DNA of 63,204 bases, the filler included, from Stramenopiles sp. TOSAG23-2 (taxonomy: Eukaryota), in assembly GCA_900128395.1 (NCBI GenBank). It is 11 parts of 11 records of this genome, joined end to end, with 100 filler letters (N's around TTAATTAATTAA, not from the genome) between each part and the next. Parts side by side here need not be neighbours in the genome. Positions count along the whole stretch, not along the records: positions 7,404 to 14,704 come from LT650339.1; positions 14,805 to 22,090 come from LT650340.1; 9 more parts are not named here. One strand, written 5' to 3'. This document shows positions 11,257 to 22,190 of this stretch, one piece after another. A program made the position numbers and the translations under genes. How positions within the stretch are numbered: the stretch's first letter is position 1; the number at the start of each line of letters is the position of its first letter. The notes beneath the pieces were generated by a model that saw only the letters and a program-made list of their open reading frames with translations, did not search any database and was not told the origin of the DNA.

Positions 11257-13404
11257 ATGGCATTTTCTAGAAGCATAAACCGACGACGTTCTTGGGAGCA
11301 TGCAGTTACAAGCCCGAAAGACTATGTCCAAACAGATTTAAAAGATGCAGAAATTGCAAATTTGAAGCGAAATGTTGAAACTATACAAGAAAGATATCGC
11401 CAAGAATTTATTATGTTAAACCGAAGGCACTTACATAACTTAGCGTACCAAAGGAGAAGGTTGTTAGCAAGATATGGAATTGTTGAAGTTGATCAAGAAA
11501 TTATGCAAGAGGACGTACGGGCAACCATAGTACATGATCTAAAATGTCAAGTAAAAGGTTTAAGGGAAGCGATGGCAGATATGGAAGATCGACATGCTAC
11601 GGAAATTGAAATATTACAATCAAATATGAATAGGGAAAGGCAGATTGAAGAGGAAGCAACTGTAGAACGCTGTGAAAAAATTATATCCAAGTATCGTACA
11701 ACTGCAAATAATTTAAATAGACAAATTATAGAGTTAGAACAAACGTTGATGAGCGAGCGGAAAAACATGAATTTAACAGTTGAGCAACTCACAGCGCATT
11801 TAAAACGCTTGAAACTGGATAATGTCGCATCTGTTTTAGAAAATGGCCCAGATCATTCTGTAGATGTATCAAAAGATGATGATGAGAAGGATAAAATAGA
11901 AGAGGAAAAGATTGGGTATATTACTAACAATAATTCTAGAGTGACAAAAAGTCGAAGGCATAGTAGACGCCCAAGTAGAAGTGCCCCAACATCGCCAGAA
12001 ATATTACAAAAAACTCTCAATCAACTTCAAGAAATGGAAAGAATAGCTAAAAAAGATATCCAAACTTATGAAACACGAACTGTGGTGGATACAACAGAGG
12101 AAGAAAAACATGAAAACCTACAACAAATTGAAGAAAATCTGAACTCGGAAACAACTACTACAACTTCAACAGATACAGCAACAATAGAACCAGTAATATC
12201 AACGAAATTAGAAAATGAAACAGAAGGGAAAAAAATAATAGAAAAAGAAAAAGAAGCAACTGTTGCAAATGGTGTAGTTGTAGATCATGAAAAGGATTTG
12301 AAAGATAATAAAAATGAAAAAGATGTATTAGAGGAGCCACCTGTAGATGATGAAGAGGTAGAAAAATTAACAATGGAAAAAGAAGCAGCGGTTTTAGAAC
12401 AACAATTATTAGATCAACAAAAATTAATATCAGAAAAACGCTTTGAATCAGAACAGAAACATCAAGAACTAATAAAAGAAGAAAAAAGATTAAAAAAAGT
12501 AATAGAAGATGAAGCAAAGAGAGAGAATAAAGAAACGCCAGAAATAGCAAGTGTTGATGATGTTGATACAATAAAAAATAATATGGAAAATAAAGCAAAG
12601 AAAGATAATAAGGAAAAGTCAGAAAAATCAAGTGTTGAAGAAGTTGATAAAAATGAAAAAGATGTTAATAAAAATGAAATATCTTCACTACCAGTCACAT
12701 CAGATGAAAGAGCGTTGAAAACTGAAGTAGAGCATGAATCAAAATTGCAAAAAGTTACAGCGGATACACAAGACGAAGATGTGCAAGTGTTGAAAACTGG
12801 AGTAAAAGAGAAAATGATATCACAAAAAGTTACAGCTAATAAACAAGAGGAAGAATCATCGACTGTCGCAGCAGCAACTACAGAATTAACAATAGATAAA
12901 AAAGAAATCGCTCCAGTAAATTCAACTGTAGAACAAAAAACTACACACTCTGGTGAGGGTGGGGTGGCAAAAGAAAAGGAAGATGGTAATGGAAATGAAA
13001 AGCCATCACTGGAACCAGTTACCAGCAGTAAATTTCAAGTTGGTGCAATCGTAAGGGTTACCTCATTCAATTGGAATGGCATATACGTCGGTCACATTGG
13101 AAGAGTAAATGATGGTGCCGCAACATACCAAGTTTCATTCGAAGATAATACTGTTGATGAAGCTGTAGAAGAGGAAAATATATTAGAATATGTAGAAAAA
13201 TGGGAAGTTGGAGATAAAGTTGTTGTTATACTAGATGAATGGGAGGACAATTTTATTGGTGAAATAACAGAATCAAACAATGCAATAGATTATAAAAAGC
13301 AAAGGTACACAATATATTTTGATACCGATGATACAATTGAACATGATGTAACATATCATTGTATAATAGCAAAATCAGTTGAAAATAGCGATGACGATGA
13401 TTAA
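11257..13404 (+). CDS. Coiled-coil/acidic low-complexity protein with two C-terminal Tudor/SH3-like domains (715 aa)
   Basis: N-terminal coiled coil and E/K-rich linker. C-terminal tandem FQVGAIV...GHIGRVN...YQVSFED and WEVGDKV...GEITESN...YTIYFD repeats. Confidence 0.7.
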   Translation: MAFSRSINRRRSWEHAVTSPKDYVQTDLKDAEIANLKRNVETIQERYRQEFIMLNRRHLHNLAYQRRRLLARYGIVEVDQEIMQEDVRATIVHDLKCQVKGLREAMADMEDRHATEIEILQSNMNRERQIEEEATVERCEKIISKYRTTANNLNRQIIELEQTLMSERKNMNLTVEQLTAHLKRLKLDNVASVLENGPDHSVDVSKDDDEKDKIEEEKIGYITNNNSRVTKSRRHSRRPSRSAPTSPEILQKTLNQLQEMERIAKKDIQTYETRTVVDTTEEEKHENLQQIEENLNSETTTTTSTDTATIEPVISTKLENETEGKKIIEKEKEATVANGVVVDHEKDLKDNKNEKDVLEEPPVDDEEVEKLTMEKEAAVLEQQLLDQQKLISEKRFESEQKHQELIKEEKRLKKVIEDEAKRENKETPEIASVDDVDTIKNNMENKAKKDNKEKSEKSSVEEVDKNEKDVNKNEISSLPVTSDERALKTEVEHESKLQKVTADTQDEDVQVLKTGVKEKMISQKVTANKQEEESSTVAAATTELTIDKKEIAPVNSTVEQKTTHSGEGGVAKEKEDGNGNEKPSLEPVTSSKFQVGAIVRVTSFNWNGIYVGHIGRVNDGAATYQVSFEDNTVDEAVEEENILEYVEKWEVGDKVVVILDEWEDNFIGEITESNNAIDYKKQRYTIYFDTDDTIEHDVTYHCIIAKSVENSDDDD

Positions 13405-13560
13405 TCTTTCTGGACAAAATAAAAAAAATATACGTTCTTTTTACTTTTCTTTTTATAAATCAAAAATATATATATGTGTTTGTGGCGTATTCTTTGATTG
13501 CATTCATAATTGTTTTTTCTTCTTTTTTTGAAATTTTTGTTTGTATAAAGTGTGGAAATT

Positions 13561-14586
13561 ATGCCACGAATATCACGGCGACTTGCAAAAGGTAGGTCAT
13601 ATGAAATTATTAAATTTTTTTTTGCTATGCCAGTATTTCTAGGTTGTATTTTTTTTGTGTTTCTATTAATTAATGGTGGTACAAAAAGTTTTTCAAATAG
13701 TAGAGTATCTAGTTTAAGATTACCATCGTCTAATATCATCACAAAACATACTAGAAAAATTGTCTTAGTAGGTCCACCTGGAGTAGGTAAATCAACTTAT
13801 GCAAAAATTTTATCTAATAAATGGAGAATTCCACGTATAACAATGAGTGGATTGTTGAGGAAGGCAATACAAAAAGATAATAATCAAGTTATTAAAACAT
13901 ATATGTCAAAAGGCGAGCTGGTGCCAGATAATATTGCATGGGAATTGTTAGAACAACGATTAGTAGAACCTGATGCAAAAGATGGGTTCATAATTGATGG
14001 ATACCCTCGGAATATGAACCAAGCGTCAATATTAGATAAACATGTACGCCTTGATGCAGTATTAGAGTTAGATATGCCGGACGAAGCCTTGAAAAAATGT
14101 GCACTTGGTCGACGTATTTGTAAATGTCCAAATGTAAAAAAGAAAGAAGAGGAGGAGAATGAGGTAAGGGATCAACAAGAGAAATGCCAAGATAGGAATG
14201 AATGTGGTGGTATATTTAATGTTGCTATGCTTAAAGATGAGAAATTGGGAATTGACTTTCCACCCATGTTACCAAATATTTATTTAAAAAAAGATGATGA
14301 TGATCAAGCAATTCTAGAACCAAGCAAACAACAATATATCAAGTGTGGTTGTAATGGTACATTGGAAAAACGACCAGATGATAAGAAAAAACTCGTAGAA
14401 GCTAGAATTACTTTATATCGCAAAGAGTCTCCACCATTGTTGAAACATTATAACAAGAAACGCTTACTTAACACATTTTGGGTTAAAAAAGGTGTAGCTG
14501 ATTTTGAAAAGTTGGAACAATCATTGTCGCTTTTTATGTTGGGTGTAAAAAAACAAAAAGCGAGTTGTGCGAAAACACATTTGTAA
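13561..14586 (+). CDS. Adenylate kinase with N-terminal TM segment and expanded Cys-containing LID
   Basis: GPPGVGKS P-loop, GELVPD, GFIIDGYPR, GRRIC...KRPDD. Hydrophobic FFFAMPVFLGCIFFVFLLI near the N-terminus. ATG at 13561. Confidence 0.9.
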   Translation: MPRISRRLAKGRSYEIIKFFFAMPVFLGCIFFVFLLINGGTKSFSNSRVSSLRLPSSNIITKHTRKIVLVGPPGVGKSTYAKILSNKWRIPRITMSGLLRKAIQKDNNQVIKTYMSKGELVPDNIAWELLEQRLVEPDAKDGFIIDGYPRNMNQASILDKHVRLDAVLELDMPDEALKKCALGRRICKCPNVKKKEEEENEVRDQQEKCQDRNECGGIFNVAMLKDEKLGIDFPPMLPNIYLKKDDDDQAILEPSKQQYIKCGCNGTLEKRPDDKKKLVEARITLYRKESPPLLKHYNKKRLLNTFWVKKGVADFEKLEQSLSLFMLGVKKQKASCAKTHL

Positions 14587-14704
14587 ATTTTATTATTTTT
14601 GCGTAGCTTTGGTACTAAATAATCAAAGAGCGTATGAAAAAAAATATCTCTTTTTCGTACTATATATACTTCGTACGTTCGTATTAATTAATAAATATTA
14701 TTAA

Positions 14705-14804
14705 NNNNNNNNNNNNNNNNNNNNNNNNNNNNNNNNNNNNNNNNNNNNTTAATTAATTAANNNNNNNNNNNNNNNNNNNNNNNNNNNNNNNNNNNNNNNN
14801 NNNN
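14705..14804. other. Artificial contig linker
   Basis: N44-TTAATTAATTAA-N44. Confidence 0.98.
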
Positions 14805-14806
14805 TT

Positions 14807-16678
14807 AGCGTTGGGTATTGGAATAAATTATGGCATGCATTTTCATTGCAACGACGTGCCAGTATTGCTGGTAAAAGTCGTAAAGCAACAGAAATGCAAA
14901 AAATTGAAACTGCTTTATGGTATGAAACAATGGAAACACCAGTATCCTTTCAAATGTCAAATAAATTGTACATCAGTGTGATAGAGACGCAAGGAAAGGT
15001 AAGCGCGAAAGCAAATTTTGGATATGGTTTATTACTTTTAGCACAGGAGAAAGATTATGGTGAAGCGAAGAAATATATTGAACAAGGCTTTCGTTTAGAT
15101 CCAGGTGGTCGGGCATTTCAAGTTACAGAAGATGCATATTTTCGCCGTGCAGCTTTGATCAAATCTGAAAACGCAGAGTCGCAAATGATGTACGCCTTAT
15201 TATTGCTGTATGTACGCAACAATCCAACCACTGCTCAATCTTATTTAGATGAAGCGATGATTTTAAGTGAATTGGAGATAGATTCAATAAATTACCAAAA
15301 TGAGGAAGATGCTAGGAAAGAAGCCATAGAAAGAAAAATTGAGCAGGAAAAGAAGGAAGAAGAGGAAAAGCTTCGCAAGAAACGCGGCGGGCGTTTGCAA
15401 CCAGTACCAAAAACAGATGAGGAAAAGGAAATGGAGGAAAGCATACGGAAGAAAAAAAAAGAAGAAAAAGAACGCCGGGAAAAACGTATCAAAATTTTGA
15501 ATCAAGTTAAACGTGTCATTGATATTGCTAATACACGAGCCCAATCTTTCAATCAACACGCAATACCATTCCAAGCTTTATGGCGTGGACACCATGCACG
15601 CTGTAAACATGGACCTGCCGTATTGAGTAAATTGTGTAGATATGAATACAAATTGATGCCAGAAAATGCACGTGTAGTGGCACGACACGCATTAGCACAG
15701 CATGCTATCAAAATGAATTACAAAATGGCCGTTTCAATGTATCGTCTAAGTGTTTCCATTGATCCTGGAGATGCATCGGTACAATTTGCATTTGGCCTCG
15801 CGTTAGTAGCATTGTCTGGATTAGAAGATAAGCCAAGCCTATATGACGAAGCAGTGGAAGTGTTTAAACTTGCTAGAGATTTAGACAAAGCTAGTCGTTC
15901 CTATCAATGGTTTGAAAGTGAATTTTTCAAGCCAACTCTGCATCCTATGTGGGATCCATTACGTCAATATGGAGTTCGAGTCAAAAATATGGGAGACTTA
16001 GTCTTAGCAAGTTTAGAAAATAAAAGCAGGTTGCGTAATGATGGAAATAATGAAGTTCGTGCTCGCATTATTTGTAACCAAGCATTAATGGCCCAGTGGA
16101 TACGGGAGGATTATGGGCAAGCGAACAAGTTATACATTGAAGCGCTACTTTTATCACCAGCAGATTCAATGATAGTTGCATGTTACCATCAATTTTTTAG
16201 CCAAGGGCTTGCAGTGCATTTGCCGAAAAGCGAGCTGGAAAATGCCAAAATGCTTCGAGAACGTTTGTTAAATACAAGAGAAAGCCGAGAAGAGAGAGAG
16301 TTGCGTTTGAAGCGTTTGGAGGAGGAACGTATTATACGTGTGAAAATGCAAGGTCTCACACGGGATCGCGCAGTTCGCGAAGGTGCAATGGATAGAATCA
16401 AAGAGGCTATGGAACGAGAGAAAATGTATAATCTTGAAGATCATGTGCTTAGAGCAAAGATTGCAGTTATAACACGTCAACGTGAAGGTATTGTTGGTAG
16501 TGTTGGTAAATCAGCTGTTGAAATTGCAGAAGAAAGAAAGAAAAAGCGAGAAGAAGCCAGGGCAGCAAAACGAAAACAAATGGTTAAAAATAGAAAAAAA
16601 GACAAGAAGAAAAAAGAAAAAGGTGGAAAGGCGAAGAAAAAAATCGTTGGAAATATCACATTCAGTGATACAACGTAA
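14807..16678 (+). CDS. TPR-like alpha-helical protein with IQ motif and Lys-rich tail, 5'-partial
   Basis: Frame is open from the contig start. TPR-like units (YGEAKKYIEQGFRLDP; YKMAVSMYRLSVSIDP) and IQ-like FQALWRGHHAR. Confidence 0.7.
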   Translation, partial: SVGYWNKLWHAFSLQRRASIAGKSRKATEMQKIETALWYETMETPVSFQMSNKLYISVIETQGKVSAKANFGYGLLLLAQEKDYGEAKKYIEQGFRLDPGGRAFQVTEDAYFRRAALIKSENAESQMMYALLLLYVRNNPTTAQSYLDEAMILSELEIDSINYQNEEDARKEAIERKIEQEKKEEEEKLRKKRGGRLQPVPKTDEEKEMEESIRKKKKEEKERREKRIKILNQVKRVIDIANTRAQSFNQHAIPFQALWRGHHARCKHGPAVLSKLCRYEYKLMPENARVVARHALAQHAIKMNYKMAVSMYRLSVSIDPGDASVQFAFGLALVALSGLEDKPSLYDEAVEVFKLARDLDKASRSYQWFESEFFKPTLHPMWDPLRQYGVRVKNMGDLVLASLENKSRLRNDGNNEVRARIICNQALMAQWIREDYGQANKLYIEALLLSPADSMIVACYHQFFSQGLAVHLPKSELENAKMLRERLLNTRESREERELRLKRLEEERIIRVKMQGLTRDRAVREGAMDRIKEAMEREKMYNLEDHVLRAKIAVITRQREGIVGSVGKSAVEIAEERKKKREEARAAKRKQMVKNRKKDKKKKEKGGKAKKKIVGNITFSDTT

Positions 16679-16783
16679 GGGGGCGTATATTAAAATTAAA
16701 ACTATGATACTTTAAAAAATTTAACGTTTTTCCAAATCATAAAAAAAAATAAAATACGTGTGCATACTCTCTCTCTCTCTCTT

Positions 16784-19034
16784 TTACATTTCCTCCCATT
16801 TCTTTGATGCATCTTCTTTATATTTTTCATGATAAGAAGTACCACCAACACCTGGATTCATTACTATGGGTATATTATATATACATGTGTGTGTGTGTGT
16901 GTGTGTATCATACGATGTGTTAGATATGTATATATATACATGTGTGTGTGTGTGTGTGTGTATCATACGATGTGTTAGATATGTATGTACATATTTGAAT
17001 TTCTATTTCTTTTTTTATTAAATATATATGTAATATAAAATTAGCTATTATATATAAAATCATTTAAGTGTAGGTGTACAACTTACTGTTCAATTTATCC
17101 ATTTCTTTCCAACGCTCAATCGTTTCAAGAGGAGCTTTATACTCAGTACCATGCCCATGCTCTGCTGGCAAACGTCCACCATCATGCTCTATTTCTTTTT
17201 TAATTTTCATTTTTACTTCTTCTACATTTGTATTATTATTAAAGCATATATCTTCATGCACTACATTGCATCCAAAATGACTATATCTCATTCGTTTGAT
17301 TGGTTTATCATCATCTTTCAAATGTTGAAATTCAGGTGAATTGACATTATTTTTTGCTAATGCATAATCTATTGAAAGTCCTTGTGTATTTGTACCATTA
17401 CAATAAGTTTTAAATGCTGGTGCTGCACTAAAACGAAAATACGTCACTTTCGGTATATCTTCTTTTTCACATTCATGTACATAGATTGAATTATTTTTCT
17501 TACAAAACTTATTTAAACGATCTTCCGTTCTTTTTAAATTACCATCGCCATATTCACCAAGTGTTATTATTAAATGATGATTATATAATTTACCTAAATT
17601 ATAAATTTTATCTGGTAATGCTTTTGGTAATATATTATTTAACCAATATAACATTTTATCTGGAAATATACTAGCAAATGGCAATGGCAATGATTCAATT
17701 TTTAATTTCATATTCCACATCCATTCTAAATTAGCACCAATGCCAAATTTTGCAATGGCATGACATAAAAATCTACCAGCATCATCAATAATATCAATTG
17801 AATCTCGATCCATATATTCAATAGCAATTGCCAAATCATTTGGATTATGTAACAACACCTCTTTCTTTAATTTTTGTGCATCTGCTAATGAATTACAACT
17901 AACCCACAATGTTTTTGTTTCTTTTGGTTTTTGAAACGTATCATGCAACGTAGCTAAAATTAAAACTTTACCCTCTGATCTACATGGTTCTATACCACTT
18001 GTATCAGCATTGTATCGAGAAACATCATGATTCAATTTACACACATGTTTGGAATAACTTTTAGCTGCTGATGCTGCTACGTTTTTATATTTCGTATCAA
18101 AATCATCATTGGAAATGTCGCCACTTTCAATTTTTTCAAATAATTCTTCATTTGTTTTTGCTTTGATTCCTAATGTATTATGAATTATTACTTTGCCATC
18201 TTTATCAACTTTACACCATAATGCTCGCTCAGTATATGCAGGACCTTTACGGATCTGGGTGCCACCGCTACCAAAGGCAATGCCTGCACCAACACTTGGA
18301 TTTAAAAAATAAGAGCCTAATATAGAATGTGATTCCCTGTCAACACTGTTAGCTGCTGTTGCTAAATCGAATATGCCAGCACCAGCTAGACATAACATTT
18401 GCTTTTTATCACCAACCAGTTGTATTTTCTTCAAATTAGACATATTAATAACAACAGTCGGACGACTACATTTATTGTTGCGTGGAGTTGTGCCACTGTG
18501 GAGCGAAGCATATGAATGAGTGAATTGTGTTAGAGAGGTTGTCCTTTTTATCAGGTTTAGGGGGGTAAAATTTACTTACCCAGTCAGACTAGTATTTTTA
18601 CCCATTGGTATTACAGCAACATTTGCGTTAGAACAAGCTTGTAAGACATTAACAGCTTCTGATAAAGTATTTGGATGAATTACACAATATGCAACTCCTT
18701 TACCTATTCGCGCCCCTGTGAGCAACTCATTTGTTGTTACATTATTGGGACCTACTATTTTTTTCACTTTATCTGGAAATTGCAATTGAATTTTTGTCAA
18801 CATATTAGTATTTGACTCCTCCATATACATGTGTCGTTGTGGAGTAATATTATTAATGGCTTGTTGTGTATATTCATGGGAACACGTTTTTGGAAATCCA
18901 CTAGGTAATGCACGGTTAGCACTTTCTCTCTGATGTTTCATACCAAATTGATATCCTATTAGTGCACATGTTCCTCCATATATTATTGGTCTATTTTTTG
19001 TCAGATCTTTGATTATTTTAAACCAAGCAGCCAT
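16784..19034 (-). CDS. dld: Quinone-dependent FAD D-lactate dehydrogenase (bacterial Dld type), copy 1; exons 19034-18580, 18495-17087, 16863-16784; 647 aa
   Basis: Spliced product has NTSLTGGTTP, SHSILGS, GSGGTQIRKGPAYTE, SRYNAD, HDTF, FRFSAAPA, YSHFGCNVVHED, PAEHGHGTEYKAP and MNPGVGGTS, collinear with E. coli-type Dld. Two GTAAGT..AG introns (18496-18579, 16864-17086) give an in-frame 1944-nt CDS. Confidence 0.88.
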
Positions 19035-19490
19035 CTTTGATTGAACTAAATAATTATAGATGTGTTTGATTTTCTTTATTATTCTAGTATAGATGCTTCA
19101 ATTCGCCTCTATTTGAATTTATTAGTTTTGCATGATGATTTTAATTTAAGAAAAAAAATTAAAAAAAAAATGTTGTTTAAGTTTGTTGTTGTTGTTGTTT
19201 GTTGAGCTTGTTTGTGCACTTGTTGTTTTTTGTTGTTGTGGTGAAAATAAGAAATTAAAATGTGCGCTCCGTCGTCGCACCATAACCACATCATTTTTTT
19301 TTTTACAAGTATTATTAATAGCTATATTTCGTCTCTTATCGCTTATAATAGTAAGCTATATAGTAGTTGCTACTTGATAGAAATATAATTAAATACACTA
19401 TACATATATAACAAATTAAAATTTACGTAACGTTTTCCATCATAAAAAAAAATACGACGTAATATACCGTGCATACTCTCTCTATATATA

Positions 19491-21706
19491 TTACATTTCC
19501 TCCCATTTCTTTGATGCATCTTCTTTGTATTTTTCATGATAAAAAGTACCACCAACACCTGGATTCATTACTATGGATATGTTTTATATATATGCATTAA
19601 TTAAATTATACATGTGTGTGTGTGTGTGTGTGTATCATACGATGTGTTAGATATGTATGTACATATTTGAATTTCTATTTCTTTTTTTATTAAATATATA
19701 TGTAATATAAAATTAGCTATTATATATAAAATCATTTAAGTGTAGGTGTACAACTTACTGTTCAATTTATCCATTTCTTTCCAACGCTCAATCGTGTCAA
19801 GAGGAGCTTTATACTCAGTACCATGCCCATGCTCTGCTGGCAAACGTCCACCATCATGCTCTATTTCTTTTTTAATTTTCATTTTTACTTCTTCTACATT
19901 TGTATTATTATTAAAGCATATATCTTCATGCACTACATTGCATCCAAAATGACTATATCTCATTCGTTTGATTGGTTTATCATCATCTTTCAAATGTTGA
20001 AATTCAGGTGAATTGACATTATTTTTTGCTAATGCATAATCTATTGAAAGTCCTTGTGTGTTTGTACCATTACAATAAGTTTTAAATGCTGGTGCTGCAC
20101 TAAAACGAAAATACGTCACTTTCGGTATATCTTCTTTTTCACATTCATGTACATAGATTGAATTATTTTTCTTACAAAACTTATTTAAACGATCTTCCGT
20201 TCTTTTTAAATTACCATCGCCATACTCACCAAGTGTTATTATTAAATGATGATTATATAATTTACCTAAATTATAAATTTTATCTGGTAATGCTTTTGGT
20301 AATATATTATTTAACCAATATAACATTTTATCTGGAAATATACTAGCAAATGGCAATGGCAATGATTCAATTTTTAATTTCATATTCCACATCCATTCTA
20401 AATTAGCACCAATGCCAAATTTTGCAATGGCATGACATAAAAATCTACCAGCATCATCAATAATATCAATTGAATCTCGATCCATATATTCAATAGCAAT
20501 TGCCAAATCATTTGGATTATGTAACAACACCTCTTTCTTTAATTTTTGTGCATCTGCTAATGAATTACAACTAACCCACAATGTTTTTGTTTCTTTTGGT
20601 TTTTGAAACGTATCATGCAACGTAGCTAAAATTAAAACTTTACCCTCTGATCTACATGGTTCTATACCACTTGTATCAGCATTGTATCGAGAAACATCAT
20701 GATTCAATTTACACACATGTTTGGAATAACTTTTAGCTGCTGATGCTGCTACGTTTTTATATTTCGTATCAAAATCATCATTGGAAATGTCGCCACTTTC
20801 AATTTTTTCAAATAATTCTTCATTTGTTTTTGCTTTGATTCCTAATGTATTATGAATTATTACTTTGCCATCTTTATCAACTTTACACCATAATGCTCGC
20901 TCAGTATATGCAGGACCTTTACGGATCTGGGTGCCACCGCTACCAAAGGCAATGCCTGCACCAACACTTGGATTTAAAAAATAAGAGCCTAATATAGAAT
21001 GTGATTCCCTGTCAACACTGTTAGCTGCTGTTGCTAAATCGAATATGCCAGCACCAGCTAGACATAACATTTGCTTTTTATCACCAACCAGTTGTATTTT
21101 CTTCAAATTAGACATATTAATAACAACAGTCGGACGACTACATTTATTGTTGCGTGGAGTTGTGCCACTGTGGAGCGCAGCATATGAATGAGTGAATTGT
21201 GTTAGAGAGGTTGTCCTTTTTATCAGGTTTAGGGGGGTAAAATTTACTTACCCAGTCAGACTAGTATTTTTACCCATTGGTATTACAGCAACATTTGCGT
21301 TAGAACAAGCTTGTAAGACATTAACAGCTTCTGATAAAGTATTTGGATGAATTACACAATATGCAACTCCTTTACCTATTCGCGCCCCTGTGAGCAACTC
21401 ATTTGTTGTTACATTATTGGGACCTACTATTTTTTTCACTTTATCTGGAAATTGCAATTGAATTTTTGTCAACATATTAGTATTTGACTCCTCCATATAC
21501 ATGTGTCGTTGTGGAGTAATATTATTAATGGCTTGTTGTGTATATTCATGGGAACACGTTTTTGGAAATCCACTAGGTAATGCACGGTTAGCACTTTCTC
21601 TCTGATGTTTCATACCAAATTGATATCCTATTAGTGCACATGTTCCTCCATATATTATTGGTCTATTTTTTGTCAGATCTTTGATTATTTTAAACCAAGC
21701 AGCCAT
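19491..21706 (-). CDS. dld: Quinone-dependent D-lactate dehydrogenase, copy 2; exons 21706-21252, 21167-19759, 19570-19491
   Basis: Same structure as copy 1. Visible amino-acid differences are APLE->APLD and GGTSY->GGTFY. Confidence 0.88.
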
Positions 21707-22090
21707 CTTTGATTGAACTAAATAATTATAGATGTGTTTGATTTTCTTTATTATTCTAGTATAGATGCTTCAATTCGCCTCTATTTGAATTTATTAGTTT
21801 TGCATGATGATTTTAATTTAAGAAAAAAAATTAAAAAAAAAATGTTGTTTAAGTTTGTTGTTGTTGTTGTTTGTTGAGCTTGTTTGTGCACTTGTTGTTT
21901 TTTGTTGTTGTGGTGAAAATAAGAAATTAAAATGTGCGCTCCGTCGTCGCACCATAACCACATCATTTTTTTTTTTACAAGTATTATTAATAGCTATATT
22001 TCGTCTCTTATCGCTTATAATAGTAAGCTATATAGTAGTTGCTACTTGATAGAAATATAATTAAATACACTATACATATATAACAAATCA

Positions 22091-22190
22091 NNNNNNNNNN
22101 NNNNNNNNNNNNNNNNNNNNNNNNNNNNNNNNNNTTAATTAATTAANNNNNNNNNNNNNNNNNNNNNNNNNNNNNNNNNNNNNNNNNNNN
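22091..22190. other. Artificial contig linker
   Basis: N44-TTAATTAATTAA-N44. Confidence 0.98.

Larger units (their letters stand above)
16724..22088. repeat. Tandem duplication, ~2.67-kb unit (offset 2672 nt over the gene body)
   Basis: ~16940-19416 vs ~19610-22088 are near-identical with only a handful of substitutions; intron 2, exon 3 and the 3' flank are more diverged. Confidence 0.92.

Noticed and set aside
16877..16985. CRISPR-like or functional repeat; ORF 16784-16966 with THTHTH
   Set aside because: A TG microsatellite block duplicated inside dld intron 2, without spacers. Only the last 80 nt of the ORF are a real exon.
16784..21706. Bacterial contamination as the source of dld
   Set aside because: Both copies have spliceosomal introns, host-like AT-rich flanks and a eukaryotic neighbour on the same contig.
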